A stretch of DNA of 64,000 bases from Candidatus Eremiobacteria bacterium (GTDB lineage Bacteria > Vulcanimicrobiota > Vulcanimicrobiia > Vulcanimicrobiales > Vulcanimicrobiaceae). Below the pieces are notes generated by a model, which saw only the letters and a list, made by a program, of their open reading frames with translations, made no database searches and had not been told where the DNA came from. The translations under genes were made by a program, and so were the position numbers. This document shows positions 40,405 through 49,615 of this stretch, piece after piece; within the stretch, counting starts at the first letter, position 1, and every line of letters begins with the position of its first letter. The DNA lies in contig CAVWUU010000004.1 of the NCBI GenBank assembly GCA_963758295.1, positions 160,001-224,000 of the forward strand. The letters are read 5' to 3'.

Positions 40405-41138
40405 AGCGTCTTTTCGACGGCATTGTAAGCGCGCTCGCGTACTTTTCGATTCTTCCGCTGGGGCGGCTGGCAACGCACGCCGCGCCGGGCCCTCTTGCGG
40501 TAGCGTTTCTGCCGTTTGTCGGGGCGATTATCGGTGCGGCAGCCGGTGCAGTAGCGCTCCTTTTGAGTGGGCACGATCGCGCATGGTTTCCCGTCGTAGC
40601 ATGGATTGCGTGCATCGCGTTTTCGGGCGCAATTCACGTGGATGGATTCCTCGATTGTTGCGACGGCCTTTTCGTTTCAGCCACGCCCGAGCGGCGGCTC
40701 GAGATTCTGCACGATCCGCAGCATGGAACCTTCGCGGTCGTCGGGATGGCGATGTTGGCGGTAACGTGGCTTGCGGCCATTGCCGGTCTTCCCGCATCCC
40801 ATGCGGTCCTTGCGCTCGCTTTCACCGGATCGCTCGCGCGGATTTCTGCTATAGCCAATTCGTTGGTGTTTCCTTACGCGCGCCCGGGAGCGGTTACGCA
40901 GGCGTTCGTAGCGCGGCCGAATTCGATCGTGCTGGTTCTTGCGCTGCTCGTTACGTGCGTGCTTGGATGGAGTTTGGATCCGCTGCTTTTCGGCATCATC
41001 CCCGGCGCGATAGCGTTGTCGTTGCTTCTAGGCTGGTGGGCGTCGCGCCGGCTCGGCGGGGGCCTGACCGGCGACGTTTTCGGCGCGATCATCGTAGTTG
41101 TGGAGGTGTGCGCGTTGGTCGTGGTCGCCGCCATTTAA
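40401..41138 (+). CDS. cobS: Adenosylcobinamide-GDP ribazoletransferase
   Basis: GAIHVDGFLDCCDG, RRLEILHD...GTFA, GGLTGDVFGA; GTGA overlap. Confidence 0.93.
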   Translation: MKRLFDGIVSALAYFSILPLGRLATHAAPGPLAVAFLPFVGAIIGAAAGAVALLLSGHDRAWFPVVAWIACIAFSGAIHVDGFLDCCDGLFVSATPERRLEILHDPQHGTFAVVGMAMLAVTWLAAIAGLPASHAVLALAFTGSLARISAIANSLVFPYARPGAVTQAFVARPNSIVLVLALLVTCVLGWSLDPLLFGIIPGAIALSLLLGWWASRRLGGGLTGDVFGAIIVVVEVCALVVVAAI

Positions 41139-41182
41139 AAAACTGCGCGACCTTTCCGCGGTATCGAAGAGCCGCGGGCCGG

Positions 41183-41611
41183 TTAGAGAAACATGCGTTT
41201 CGCGATCCGTGCGCTGTCGCGCGCCTGAACGCTCCGCGCGTAGCCCTGCTGGAGCATAGCGTATATTTCGTGCGCGCGAAAATCGTGACTCGCGTGCGCT
41301 CTCACGTACACGCGAACCATGCGCGAAAGAAATCCCGGCAGCCATGAGTCACGTGGATAGCGACGATGCCAGTCTACGATCGCGAGCTCGAGCGTGTCGA
41401 TCCCGTGAATTGTGCCGGACATGACGAGTTCGCGGTTCGGCTGCGCTTCGAACCGGGTGAGCCGGTTTTTTATTTCGAGCACGCTGATCTTAAACGGACC
41501 AAAATACTCGTCGGCCGGCGCCTCGTCCCGAAAGGAAGCGAGCGCCACGCCTTGCAGCAAGACTACGAGTAGGGCGGTGACTGCCACCCCACCTAGTAAA
41601 CGTGCCCTCAT
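41183..41611 (-). CDS. Hypothetical secreted protein
   Basis: Signal peptide; APADEYFG, DW...YP.D.W. Confidence 0.65.
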   Translation of the reverse strand: MRARLLGGVAVTALLVVLLQGVALASFRDEAPADEYFGPFKISVLEIKNRLTRFEAQPNRELVMSGTIHGIDTLELAIVDWHRRYPRDSWLPGFLSRMVRVYVRAHASHDFRAHEIYAMLQQGYARSVQARDSARIAKRMFL

Positions 41612-41706
41612 AAGATCCTTTTCGACCGAATGGCGGGCTATTTATAGACCAGTTTAAGCTGCCGCCCGAAAGTTCGCAAGCATGCGAACTGCGGGTAGAA
41701 AGAAGC

Positions 41707-42192
41707 ATGGTTAACGACGCGGGAGTCGCGCGACTCAACGACATGATCGGGGAAATCCCGATCGCTATGCTTACCTCGGTGGGCGAGGACGGGGAACTCC
41801 ACAGCCGCCCCATGGCGACGCAAAAGGTCTCGGCAGACGGGACGGTGTGCTTTTTCGTAAGCGCGGGAACGTCGGCCGCGTATGAATCGAGTGAAAGCTG
41901 CGGGGTGAACGTAAGCTACGCCGATGCACGCCGCTCGGTGTACATTTCGATCTCGGGTACCGCAACCGTGAGCGACGATCGCCGGCGCATTCACGAGCTT
42001 TGGGATCCCGCCGTTTCCGCGTGGTTTCCAAAAGGCATGGACGATCCGGACCTCCGCTTACTCTGCGTGCAAATCGAGCGCGCCGAGTACTGGGACGTCG
42101 CAACCAATGCGCTATCGCTGCTCGTGGGCTACGCGCGCAAGGCTATCACGGGAAAGTCCGACAGCATCGGTACGCACGAACGCATCGTGTAG
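41707..42192 (+). CDS. General stress protein 26 / PNPOx-like FMN-binding protein
   Basis: AMLTS...LHSRPM, VNVSY, AWFP.G.DDP, AEYWD. Confidence 0.88.
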   Translation: MVNDAGVARLNDMIGEIPIAMLTSVGEDGELHSRPMATQKVSADGTVCFFVSAGTSAAYESSESCGVNVSYADARRSVYISISGTATVSDDRRRIHELWDPAVSAWFPKGMDDPDLRLLCVQIERAEYWDVATNALSLLVGYARKAITGKSDSIGTHERIV

Positions 42193-42282
42193 AGAAAAAG
42201 GCGCGTGATGCAAGTGCACGATGCAAGCCTCGTCTTCGATCTGCCCGCTCATCGGGAGCTTGTCGAACGACACGCGCATGAG

Positions 42283-42314
42283 TAAAAAGAAGAAGGCCGC
42301 AAAAGCGGCCTTCT
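42283..42314 (-). terminator. Intrinsic terminator after icd
   Basis: AGAAGGCCGC-TTTT-GCGGCCTTCT followed by TCTTTTT. Confidence 0.8.
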
Positions 42315-42335
42315 AATGCGTTGCGGCTGGAAGGG

Positions 42336-43796
42336 CTATTGGCCCTGAGCGAGTGAGAAGCCGCGTTCGCCGTTGAAAGTGAAGAGGCCCTCGGTTTTTA
42401 CGACGTCGAGGCCGGCCTTGTCGAGTTCCGCCACAATTCCGGCGACGGTGCTTTGCGCGAACGCATTACCGGTGCCCTCGAAGCGGCACGACCAGTGATC
42501 GCTCCAGAACGTATCGGGATTGCCGTTCGGCCATACCTTCGTTCCGCGGTTGCTGATGACGGTGAGCTTCGCGTCTTTGAGGCTGAGGTTTTGCAGCTGT
42601 GCGGCGATTTCGTCGGGATTGCCGTTCGGTTTGTCGATGAAGACGTCGACGCCAACGCGCTCTTTTTTGGCGCGATTGCCGTTAGCGCGGGCGGTGATGT
42701 TCATTTCGGTGTCTTCGGCGTATTCGACGGCGGCAAGATTTTGCGGCTTTTGGCCGAGACGCGCGATGACCGCATCGGCGAATTCTTTCGTACCGACTTT
42801 TTGCTTGGAGACGCCCTCTTCGAAAATGTCGTACGTGTGGATGCCGTCTTCGATCGTCTTGAGCCACGCGTTGTGCGCGCGCTCCGCGATTTTGCCTTGG
42901 CCGATGTGCACAAGCATTAAGAGTGCGCCGTGCAGCAGGCCCGATGGATTGGCCATGTTCTGGCCGGCGCGCCGGGGCGCCGAGCCGTGGATCGCTTCGA
43001 ACATCGAGCAGTGATCGCCGATGTTCGCGGAACCGGCGAGACCGACGGATCCGGTGATCTGCGCCGCAACGTCGGACAGTACGTCGCCGTAGAGATTCGG
43101 CATTACGATAACGTCGAACGCTTCGGGCGTGTCCGCCATTTTTGCGGCGCCGATGTCGACGATCCAGTGCTCGTTCTCGATCTCCGGATACTCTTTGGCA
43201 ATCTCGTCGAAGATCTTGTGGAAGAGACCGTCCGTGATCTTCATGATGTTGTCTTTTGTGAAGCACGTGACTTTTTTGCGTTTGTTCGCGCGAGCGTACT
43301 CGAACGCGTAGCGAATGATGCGTTCGCTACCCGGGCGCGAGATGAGCTTCAAACACTGCGTAACTTGCTCGGTCTGCCGGTGCTCGATGCCGCCGTAAAC
43401 GTCTTCCTCGTTCTCACGAACGATGACCAGGTTCATCTTCGGATGCTTCGTCGCTACGTACGGCGCGAGTGATGCGCAAGGACGGACGTTCGCATACATG
43501 CCGAGCGTTTTACGAACCGTGACGTTGAGACTCTTGAACCCGCCGCCTTGCGGCGTGGTGATCGGGGCCTTCAAGAAAACCTTGGTGCGCCGGAGCGACT
43601 CCCAAGATTCCGGTTCGATGCCGCTCTGCAAGCCGCGGTTGTAGATCGACTCACCGATATCGATGCGTTCGATGTCGAGCTGCGCGCCCGCTTCGGTGAT
43701 GATTCGAAGCGTCGCGTCCATGATTTCGGGGCCGATGCCGTCGCCGTAGGCAACGGTAATTGGGGTTTTCTTCGCGGTCGCGATAGTACTGGTCAT
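42336..43796 (-). CDS. icd: NADP-dependent isocitrate dehydrogenase
   Basis: GDGIGPEI, KAPITTP.GGGFKSLNV, RENEED, NLYGD.LSD, EAIHGSAP. Confidence 0.95.
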   Translation of the reverse strand: MTSTIATAKKTPITVAYGDGIGPEIMDATLRIITEAGAQLDIERIDIGESIYNRGLQSGIEPESWESLRRTKVFLKAPITTPQGGGFKSLNVTVRKTLGMYANVRPCASLAPYVATKHPKMNLVIVRENEEDVYGGIEHRQTEQVTQCLKLISRPGSERIIRYAFEYARANKRKKVTCFTKDNIMKITDGLFHKIFDEIAKEYPEIENEHWIVDIGAAKMADTPEAFDVIVMPNLYGDVLSDVAAQITGSVGLAGSANIGDHCSMFEAIHGSAPRRAGQNMANPSGLLHGALLMLVHIGQGKIAERAHNAWLKTIEDGIHTYDIFEEGVSKQKVGTKEFADAVIARLGQKPQNLAAVEYAEDTEMNITARANGNRAKKERVGVDVFIDKPNGNPDEIAAQLQNLSLKDAKLTVISNRGTKVWPNGNPDTFWSDHWSCRFEGTGNAFAQSTVAGIVAELDKAGLDVVKTEGLFTFNGERGFSLAQGQ

Positions 43797-45403
43797 GGCG
43801 CAATCTTCCACTGATAGGCGTTCCAGCCTTCGCTTATGCCGTTCGGCGTGAAGTTTTGAAGCTGCGCGATATGGGCGTAACGCAGACTTTGGTAGTAGAG
43901 AAAGACGCCCGGTACGTCTCGAAGCAGCAAGGATTGGACCTTTGCGTATGCTGCCTTGCGCTGGGCAAGGTCGAATGTAGAGAGAGCTTGATTTTGCGCC
44001 GCGTCCATTTCCTTTGAACAGTAGCGGGTCACGTTGTTGCCGGCCGGCGGAATCATCGCGCACAGCCAGGACGAGGAATCGTCGGGATCGGCGCCCTGAA
44101 TCCAGGCGTAGAGCGACGAGTCGAACTTGCCGCCCGTCAGGATGCCGCCGCTCGCTGCCGCGGCGTAGAGCGTCGCATAATCATAGGTTTTGATCTGCAC
44201 GTCGATTCCGACGCCTTTTAGCATCTGCTGCAATTGCACGGAGATGTTGCGCGCGATATCGCTGCCTTGTCCGAAAATGAACTGGAGCGAAAGCCGCTCG
44301 CCGTTCTTGCGCCGGATGCCGTCGGGCCCGGGCGTCCAGCCGGCGGCTTCGAGCAGCTGCTTGGCTTGCGCGGGATCGTAAGGAAGCGGCTTCAGCGACG
44401 AATCAAACTCTTTGTAAAACGGCGAAAGGTCGCCGACGGCCAGTTCGCCCGTGCCGAACGTGTTCGTCTTGCGCATCTTTTCGCGGTCGAGCGCAAGCGC
44501 AATAGCGCGCCGCACCCGGACATCGTCGAGCGGCGGCCGGCTGACGTTGAAGAAGACTGCTTCATACGAAGGCGCCTTTACCAGTTGCCGCGTGACGTTG
44601 CTCGCGCTCGCAAGTTCGTTATAGGTCGGCGCAGTGATGGTGATCCCGAGCTGCGACTCACCCGAGCGAAGCTGTTCGCCGGTGGTATTGGTGTCGAGAA
44701 TGATCTTCACGGTCAACTCTTTGATCGCCGGCGCGCCTTTATAGTAAAACGGGTTTGCGGCCAGGACGATCCGGTCGCCACGCTGCCAACGCGCGAACTT
44801 ATACGGACCCGTTCCGACGGGCGCCGCGTTGAACGGAATCTGGTTTATATTCGGATACTTCGCGAGTAAGTGTTCCGGGAGCACCCGCAGCACGGTATCG
44901 CCCTCGCCGAAAATGATGTTCACCGCGGGCGGGAACATGCGCTTCATGTGAAAGACGACCGTCGAATCGTCGGGCGTATCGACGGACTTCACTTGATCGA
45001 AGCCATGACGCGAAATCACGTTGTTCGCCGGGTTCATGATCTGTTGCCACGTGTACTTCACGTCTTTGCTCGTGAATGCCACGCCGTCTTGCCACTTCAC
45101 GTTCTTTCGTAGGTGGTACGTGATCCTGAGACCGTCTTTACTGATGCCGCCGTTTTGGATCGTTGGAACCGTTTCGGCAAGATCGGGAATCTGGTTCCCT
45201 TTATCGTCGATGGTAACGAGAAGACTGTAGATTAGGCCGTCGACGAAATTCTCCGATGAGTCCTGCGGTAAAATGCCGTTCAACTGCTGCGGATTGATCG
45301 GCAGTGCGATGGTCAGTTTGTCGGGCGGAATGGATTGGCCGCTTTTCGTGCATCCGGACACGAAAAGCGACGCCACCAGTAAACCGATGGCGACGCGTTT
45401 CAT
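43793..45403 (-). CDS. Family-5 peptide ABC substrate-binding lipoprotein (no permease genes adjacent)
   Basis: Lipobox VSGC, PDLA, LR..VKW.DG, GTGPYKF, RVRRAI. Confidence 0.9.
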   Translation of the reverse strand: MKRVAIGLLVASLFVSGCTKSGQSIPPDKLTIALPINPQQLNGILPQDSSENFVDGLIYSLLVTIDDKGNQIPDLAETVPTIQNGGISKDGLRITYHLRKNVKWQDGVAFTSKDVKYTWQQIMNPANNVISRHGFDQVKSVDTPDDSTVVFHMKRMFPPAVNIIFGEGDTVLRVLPEHLLAKYPNINQIPFNAAPVGTGPYKFARWQRGDRIVLAANPFYYKGAPAIKELTVKIILDTNTTGEQLRSGESQLGITITAPTYNELASASNVTRQLVKAPSYEAVFFNVSRPPLDDVRVRRAIALALDREKMRKTNTFGTGELAVGDLSPFYKEFDSSLKPLPYDPAQAKQLLEAAGWTPGPDGIRRKNGERLSLQFIFGQGSDIARNISVQLQQMLKGVGIDVQIKTYDYATLYAAAASGGILTGGKFDSSLYAWIQGADPDDSSSWLCAMIPPAGNNVTRYCSKEMDAAQNQALSTFDLAQRKAAYAKVQSLLLRDVPGVFLYYQSLRYAHIAQLQNFTPNGISEGWNAYQWKIAP

Positions 45404-45423
45404 TTATCAAGCCTCCTTGGTTT

Positions 45424-46692
45424 TCAGCGGATAACGCACCGGAACTTCGCGTACATGAAGGGGTAGTCGTCGTAAAACCAGTTTCGGAACGAGCGGCGAA
45501 TCAACTCCCGCCCGGTTGCGGGCGATGCGCCTTTCATTACGAAGTGGCGCCCGTCGAAGAAGTCGGTTGAATACGGCGGATACGAGGCCATCGGTTCGAA
45601 TCCCGGGTGCGGGCCGAAGGGTGTGGACGTCCATTCCCAGCCGTTGCCGATGAGATCGTAAATCCCCCATGCGCTTGCACCGGCCGGATGCGCGTCTACG
45701 GGCTCGGCATCGAAACGCTCGAAGTCGAAGTTGCCGTGCAAAGCGTGCGGCTCGTCGGCGCCCCACGGATAGGGTCGTTCGGTGCCGTTGGGCGTGCCGT
45801 ATGCGGCGCGGTGAAATTCCGCTTCGGTCGGTAAGCGCATCTCCGCCCACTGCGCGTAGCCTCGCGCTTGTTGGTGCGTAACGTAGACAGGCCAGGAAAG
45901 TGGCAGCGGCAACTCTTCGAATACGCCGCGTAAGAAGAACTCGCGGTCGCGGCGCACCCAGAACTGCGGCACGGGGCCGCCGTCGCGCACGAACGCGAGC
46001 CAGTCTCCGTTCGTTATGGGAAACTGCTGCATATGAAACGCGGGAACGTCGACCTCGTAACGTCCGAACTCGTTGTCCCAGCCAAAGGAAATTTCTTCGG
46101 GGCGCGCGCCGAGCGTTGCGATGCCTGCGTCGACGGCGAGCAACGGGTTAGCGGCAACGGGATGGTCGTGATGCTCTTGCGCGATGCGTCCTTTTTGCGC
46201 GTAATCCAGCTGGTGGATGATGTAGAGCAGCGTTTCGTGATGCATCTGCTCGTGCTCGAGAATCGTGTACGCGGATTGCCCGCGAACGAGAAGCGGCACC
46301 GAAGGATCCACGAGCGAAGCGTTCGCGAGCGCCGCTTCAACGCGCTCGTCACACCGGCGCGCGAAGCGCTCGATCTCGTCGCGAGACGGCCACAAGCTTC
46401 GCGTCAATTGCTTCGCGGCTTCCGCCGATGCTGGATCGATCCCGCGTTCAAAAAGCCTTTCGAGTTCCGCATCGACGGGTGATTCTTTCAACGCACGTTC
46501 GTTCAGCGTGAGGAAACTGAACGCCGGAAGGTGGCCTTCGTAAAACACGAAGGGATGCCGAAGCGGAATCGGCCGCGCTTCATATGCCGCATCGTCGATC
46601 AATCCGAAAAGCCGAGCCGAGCGTTCCCGATTACGTCGATACCAGTCAATGAGATGACTGCGGTCGAGCGAGGGCTTCGTCGATGCGATCAT
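45424..46692 (-). CDS. Non-heme-iron sulfoxide synthase (EgtB/Egt1/OvoA family; DinB_2 + FGE-sulfatase)
   Basis: PLRHPFVFYEGH, HEQMHHET, FGWDNE, RLPTEAE, GNGWEW, FRNWF. Confidence 0.82.
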   Translation of the reverse strand: MIASTKPSLDRSHLIDWYRRNRERSARLFGLIDDAAYEARPIPLRHPFVFYEGHLPAFSFLTLNERALKESPVDAELERLFERGIDPASAEAAKQLTRSLWPSRDEIERFARRCDERVEAALANASLVDPSVPLLVRGQSAYTILEHEQMHHETLLYIIHQLDYAQKGRIAQEHHDHPVAANPLLAVDAGIATLGARPEEISFGWDNEFGRYEVDVPAFHMQQFPITNGDWLAFVRDGGPVPQFWVRRDREFFLRGVFEELPLPLSWPVYVTHQQARGYAQWAEMRLPTEAEFHRAAYGTPNGTERPYPWGADEPHALHGNFDFERFDAEPVDAHPAGASAWGIYDLIGNGWEWTSTPFGPHPGFEPMASYPPYSTDFFDGRHFVMKGASPATGRELIRRSFRNWFYDDYPFMYAKFRCVIR

Positions 46693-46700
46693 AATTTACG

Positions 46701-49607
46701 TTACCCCGAAGCGGCGTTCGCTTCCCGGCGACGCTGCATGAACTTTTCGAATTCCACCGCCGGCAACGGCGGCGATATCGCATAACCCTGAACGATGTCG
46801 CAACGGTTGTCTTCGAGGAAGGCAAGCTGAACCGCGGTTTCCACGCCTTCGGCAACGACTTCCAGGCCTAGGCTGTGAGCCATGCCGATGACCGTCTTGA
46901 CGATCGTCTCATCGAACGCTTCCAAGCCTACGCCCATGACGAACGAGCCGTCGATCTTCAGCACGTCGAGGGCAAATCTACGAAGATATGCGAGCGACGA
47001 GTAGCCGGTTCCGAAATCGTCGACGGCGGTACGGATGCCGGCGGCTTTTAATTCGCGTACGATGCTTACGGTTTGCGCTGCATCCGACATTGCAACGCTT
47101 TCCGTGATCTCGATCTCCAGAAGCGACGGATCGAGGTTTGCTTCTTCGAGTGCTTTCAAAACACGCCGGCGCAGATCGCGCTGATGAAATTGGCGGCCCG
47201 AAAGATTCACTGCAAGGCGCAGAGGCGCGAGCGTGTCCGACCAGCGGCGGATCTGCTTTGCGGCCGTCTCCAAAACCCAGTCCCCGAGCGGCACGATAAG
47301 GCCCGAAATCTCCGCGCTCGGAATAAAGTGGCCCGGCTCGATGAGTCCACTCTTCGGATGATTCCAGCGCACGAGCGCCTCGACACTTACGACCTTTCCG
47401 GTGCGCAAATCGACCTGCGGCTGGTAGAACACGACGAACTCATTGAGTTCCAGCGCGCGGCGCAGCAGCTTTTCTTGCGACAGGCGCATGTGAATCGGCG
47501 CTTCCAAAGCGGGATTGTAGAAGTAGTAGCCGTTGCGGCCGCGTTCTTTCGCGCGATACATCGCGATGTCGGCGTTTTTGATGAGCGTCTGATCGTCGCG
47601 TCCGTCTTCGGGATAGATCGAGATGCCAATGCTGGCGGAAATGTACTGTTCGTACTCGTCGAGCGGAAAGGGCTCGCTGATTGCGCCGATAATGCGGTCG
47701 GCAACATCTCGTACGGCTTCGGCGTCGTGGCAATCCGTAATGAGCACGACGAATTCGTCGCCGCCCATGCGAGCGATCGTAACGCTTTCGCCCAGCTCCT
47801 TTATCAGGCGAAAGGCAACCATTTGCAATAACCGGTCGCCGCGCGCGTGTCCCAGGGTATCGTTGACGTCTTTGAAACGGTCTAGGTCGAGGAACAGCAG
47901 CGCGACGCGTGCCAGGCGCGATTGCGCGACCTCGATCGCGTCGCGCAGTTTTTCGCTCAAGAAAGCGCGGTTCGGCAAACCGCTAAGCGTATCGTAGTAG
48001 GCCATCGCGCGCAATCGCGAGCGCTGCCGGCTGCGGTCGATCGTGCCCGCGATCAAGGTTGCAATCAAACCGAGCAGATCGGAATCGGTACCCGAAAAGC
48101 GCCACGCGGCGGGATTCGCCGTTGCAAAGACGAGCGCTCCGTAAAACTCGCCGCCGACATCTAACCGCATCGCCACGCCGTTCTCGAGCGGTATCGGAAC
48201 AGCGGCGCCGGACGTATCGAGAACGGTCTTTGCCATTGCCTTCAGGTAGTCATCGGAAACCCGCGCGGCGTTCGGATCGCGGTGCACGGAGTCGACGCGC
48301 GGCATGCCTTGCGCGATCTCGACTACCGCGCCGCACGTCAATCCGAAGGCGCTGCACCCCATTTGCAATGAGGCGTTCATCCGGACGTCGGGGTAATCGC
48401 CACTGGTCGAGATGAAGTAAAGATTTCTGATGCGCTCGCTTTGCATCGCGGCATGGCGTTCGGCGGCTCGGCGTTCGGTGACGTCTTGGAGGATTACGTA
48501 AACGCCGACTACGTTGCCCGCCGAATATTGCGGAACGAGCGTGGTGTCGAGTTCGAGCGGCGTTCCGTCGATCTTGAACGACTGCACGGTAAAGCCGACT
48601 GGTTCGCCCGCAAGTGCGCGCTGAAACAACGTCTCGACGCGTTCGTGTTCGCCGGGCGGCAAGAAACGATGAAAGTCTTCGCCAACCACCGCAGAGCGCG
48701 GGAAGTTGCCCAGGTTCAAGGCGGCGGCGTTTACGTCGGTGATGCGGCGTTCCAAAGAAACCGCAAGCACGCCGTCGGGATTGTACTCAAATAGCGACCG
48801 CAGGCGCGCTTCGCTTTCCGCAAGCTCGCGTTCCTGATAAGCAATGCGCGCCGCCGCTTCCCGCTGGTCCGTTTCGTCACGGACAATGGAGAAGGCGCCG
48901 TCGATCTTTCCCCGGCGATGCACCGGCACGGTGGTGATACGAACGTCCAGCGGCCGTCCTTCAAGCGTGCGCACGCGGGCCGTGTAAAATAACGTTTCGC
49001 CGGCAAGGGCGCGCTTAAGGTAGAGTTCGTGCTTCGGAACGTCTTCGGGCTCGATGAACGAACTGAAATGCATGCCGACGATTTGCTCGCGCGGCACGGG
49101 TCCAAAGCGCGTGATTGCATGATTTACGTCGACGATCCGCCCGTCGGCCGAGAAGATCATGGTAACGTCGGGATTGTATTCAAAGAGCGCGCGGAACCGC
49201 TCTTCGGTTTCCGCGATCGCGCTCTGCGCTTCCACGGCATCGGTGACGTCGTCCGCGTACGATAAGACGTGATATTGGTCGTCATCCTGAACGGCAAAGA
49301 TGGTCCAGCGGCAGGTCCGCACTTCGCCGTCGGCGCGAATGTTTCGATTGACATTGACGACGGAGTGGATGTTATCGAATTGTTCGATGCGGCGTTGGAC
49401 GTTTATGACGCCCTCTAGATCTTCTGCCGGCACGAGCGAAAGGTTCGCGACGGTTTTCCCGACGACATCGGCGGCGCTGTAGCCGAACATCGTCTCGGCG
49501 CGATCCGACCAAAACGAGATCCGGAAGTCCGAATCCCAAGCGACGACAGCTAGCGGCGAACGCGATAGCAGATCGTTCAGGAGCTGGAGATCGCGTTCGT
49601 TTAGCAT
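46701..49607 (-). CDS. PAS-PAS-PAS-GAF-like-GGDEF-EAL protein
   Basis: Three PAS repeats (FEYNPD), DLDRFK.VND.LGH, RMGGDEF, EALVRW, DDFGTGYSS. Confidence 0.93.
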   Translation of the reverse strand: MLNERDLQLLNDLLSRSPLAVVAWDSDFRISFWSDRAETMFGYSAADVVGKTVANLSLVPAEDLEGVINVQRRIEQFDNIHSVVNVNRNIRADGEVRTCRWTIFAVQDDDQYHVLSYADDVTDAVEAQSAIAETEERFRALFEYNPDVTMIFSADGRIVDVNHAITRFGPVPREQIVGMHFSSFIEPEDVPKHELYLKRALAGETLFYTARVRTLEGRPLDVRITTVPVHRRGKIDGAFSIVRDETDQREAAARIAYQERELAESEARLRSLFEYNPDGVLAVSLERRITDVNAAALNLGNFPRSAVVGEDFHRFLPPGEHERVETLFQRALAGEPVGFTVQSFKIDGTPLELDTTLVPQYSAGNVVGVYVILQDVTERRAAERHAAMQSERIRNLYFISTSGDYPDVRMNASLQMGCSAFGLTCGAVVEIAQGMPRVDSVHRDPNAARVSDDYLKAMAKTVLDTSGAAVPIPLENGVAMRLDVGGEFYGALVFATANPAAWRFSGTDSDLLGLIATLIAGTIDRSRQRSRLRAMAYYDTLSGLPNRAFLSEKLRDAIEVAQSRLARVALLFLDLDRFKDVNDTLGHARGDRLLQMVAFRLIKELGESVTIARMGGDEFVVLITDCHDAEAVRDVADRIIGAISEPFPLDEYEQYISASIGISIYPEDGRDDQTLIKNADIAMYRAKERGRNGYYFYNPALEAPIHMRLSQEKLLRRALELNEFVVFYQPQVDLRTGKVVSVEALVRWNHPKSGLIEPGHFIPSAEISGLIVPLGDWVLETAAKQIRRWSDTLAPLRLAVNLSGRQFHQRDLRRRVLKALEEANLDPSLLEIEITESVAMSDAAQTVSIVRELKAAGIRTAVDDFGTGYSSLAYLRRFALDVLKIDGSFVMGVGLEAFDETIVKTVIGMAHSLGLEVVAEGVETAVQLAFLEDNRCDIVQGYAISPPLPAVEFEKFMQRRREANAASG

Positions 49608-49615
49608 AGTTTTGG

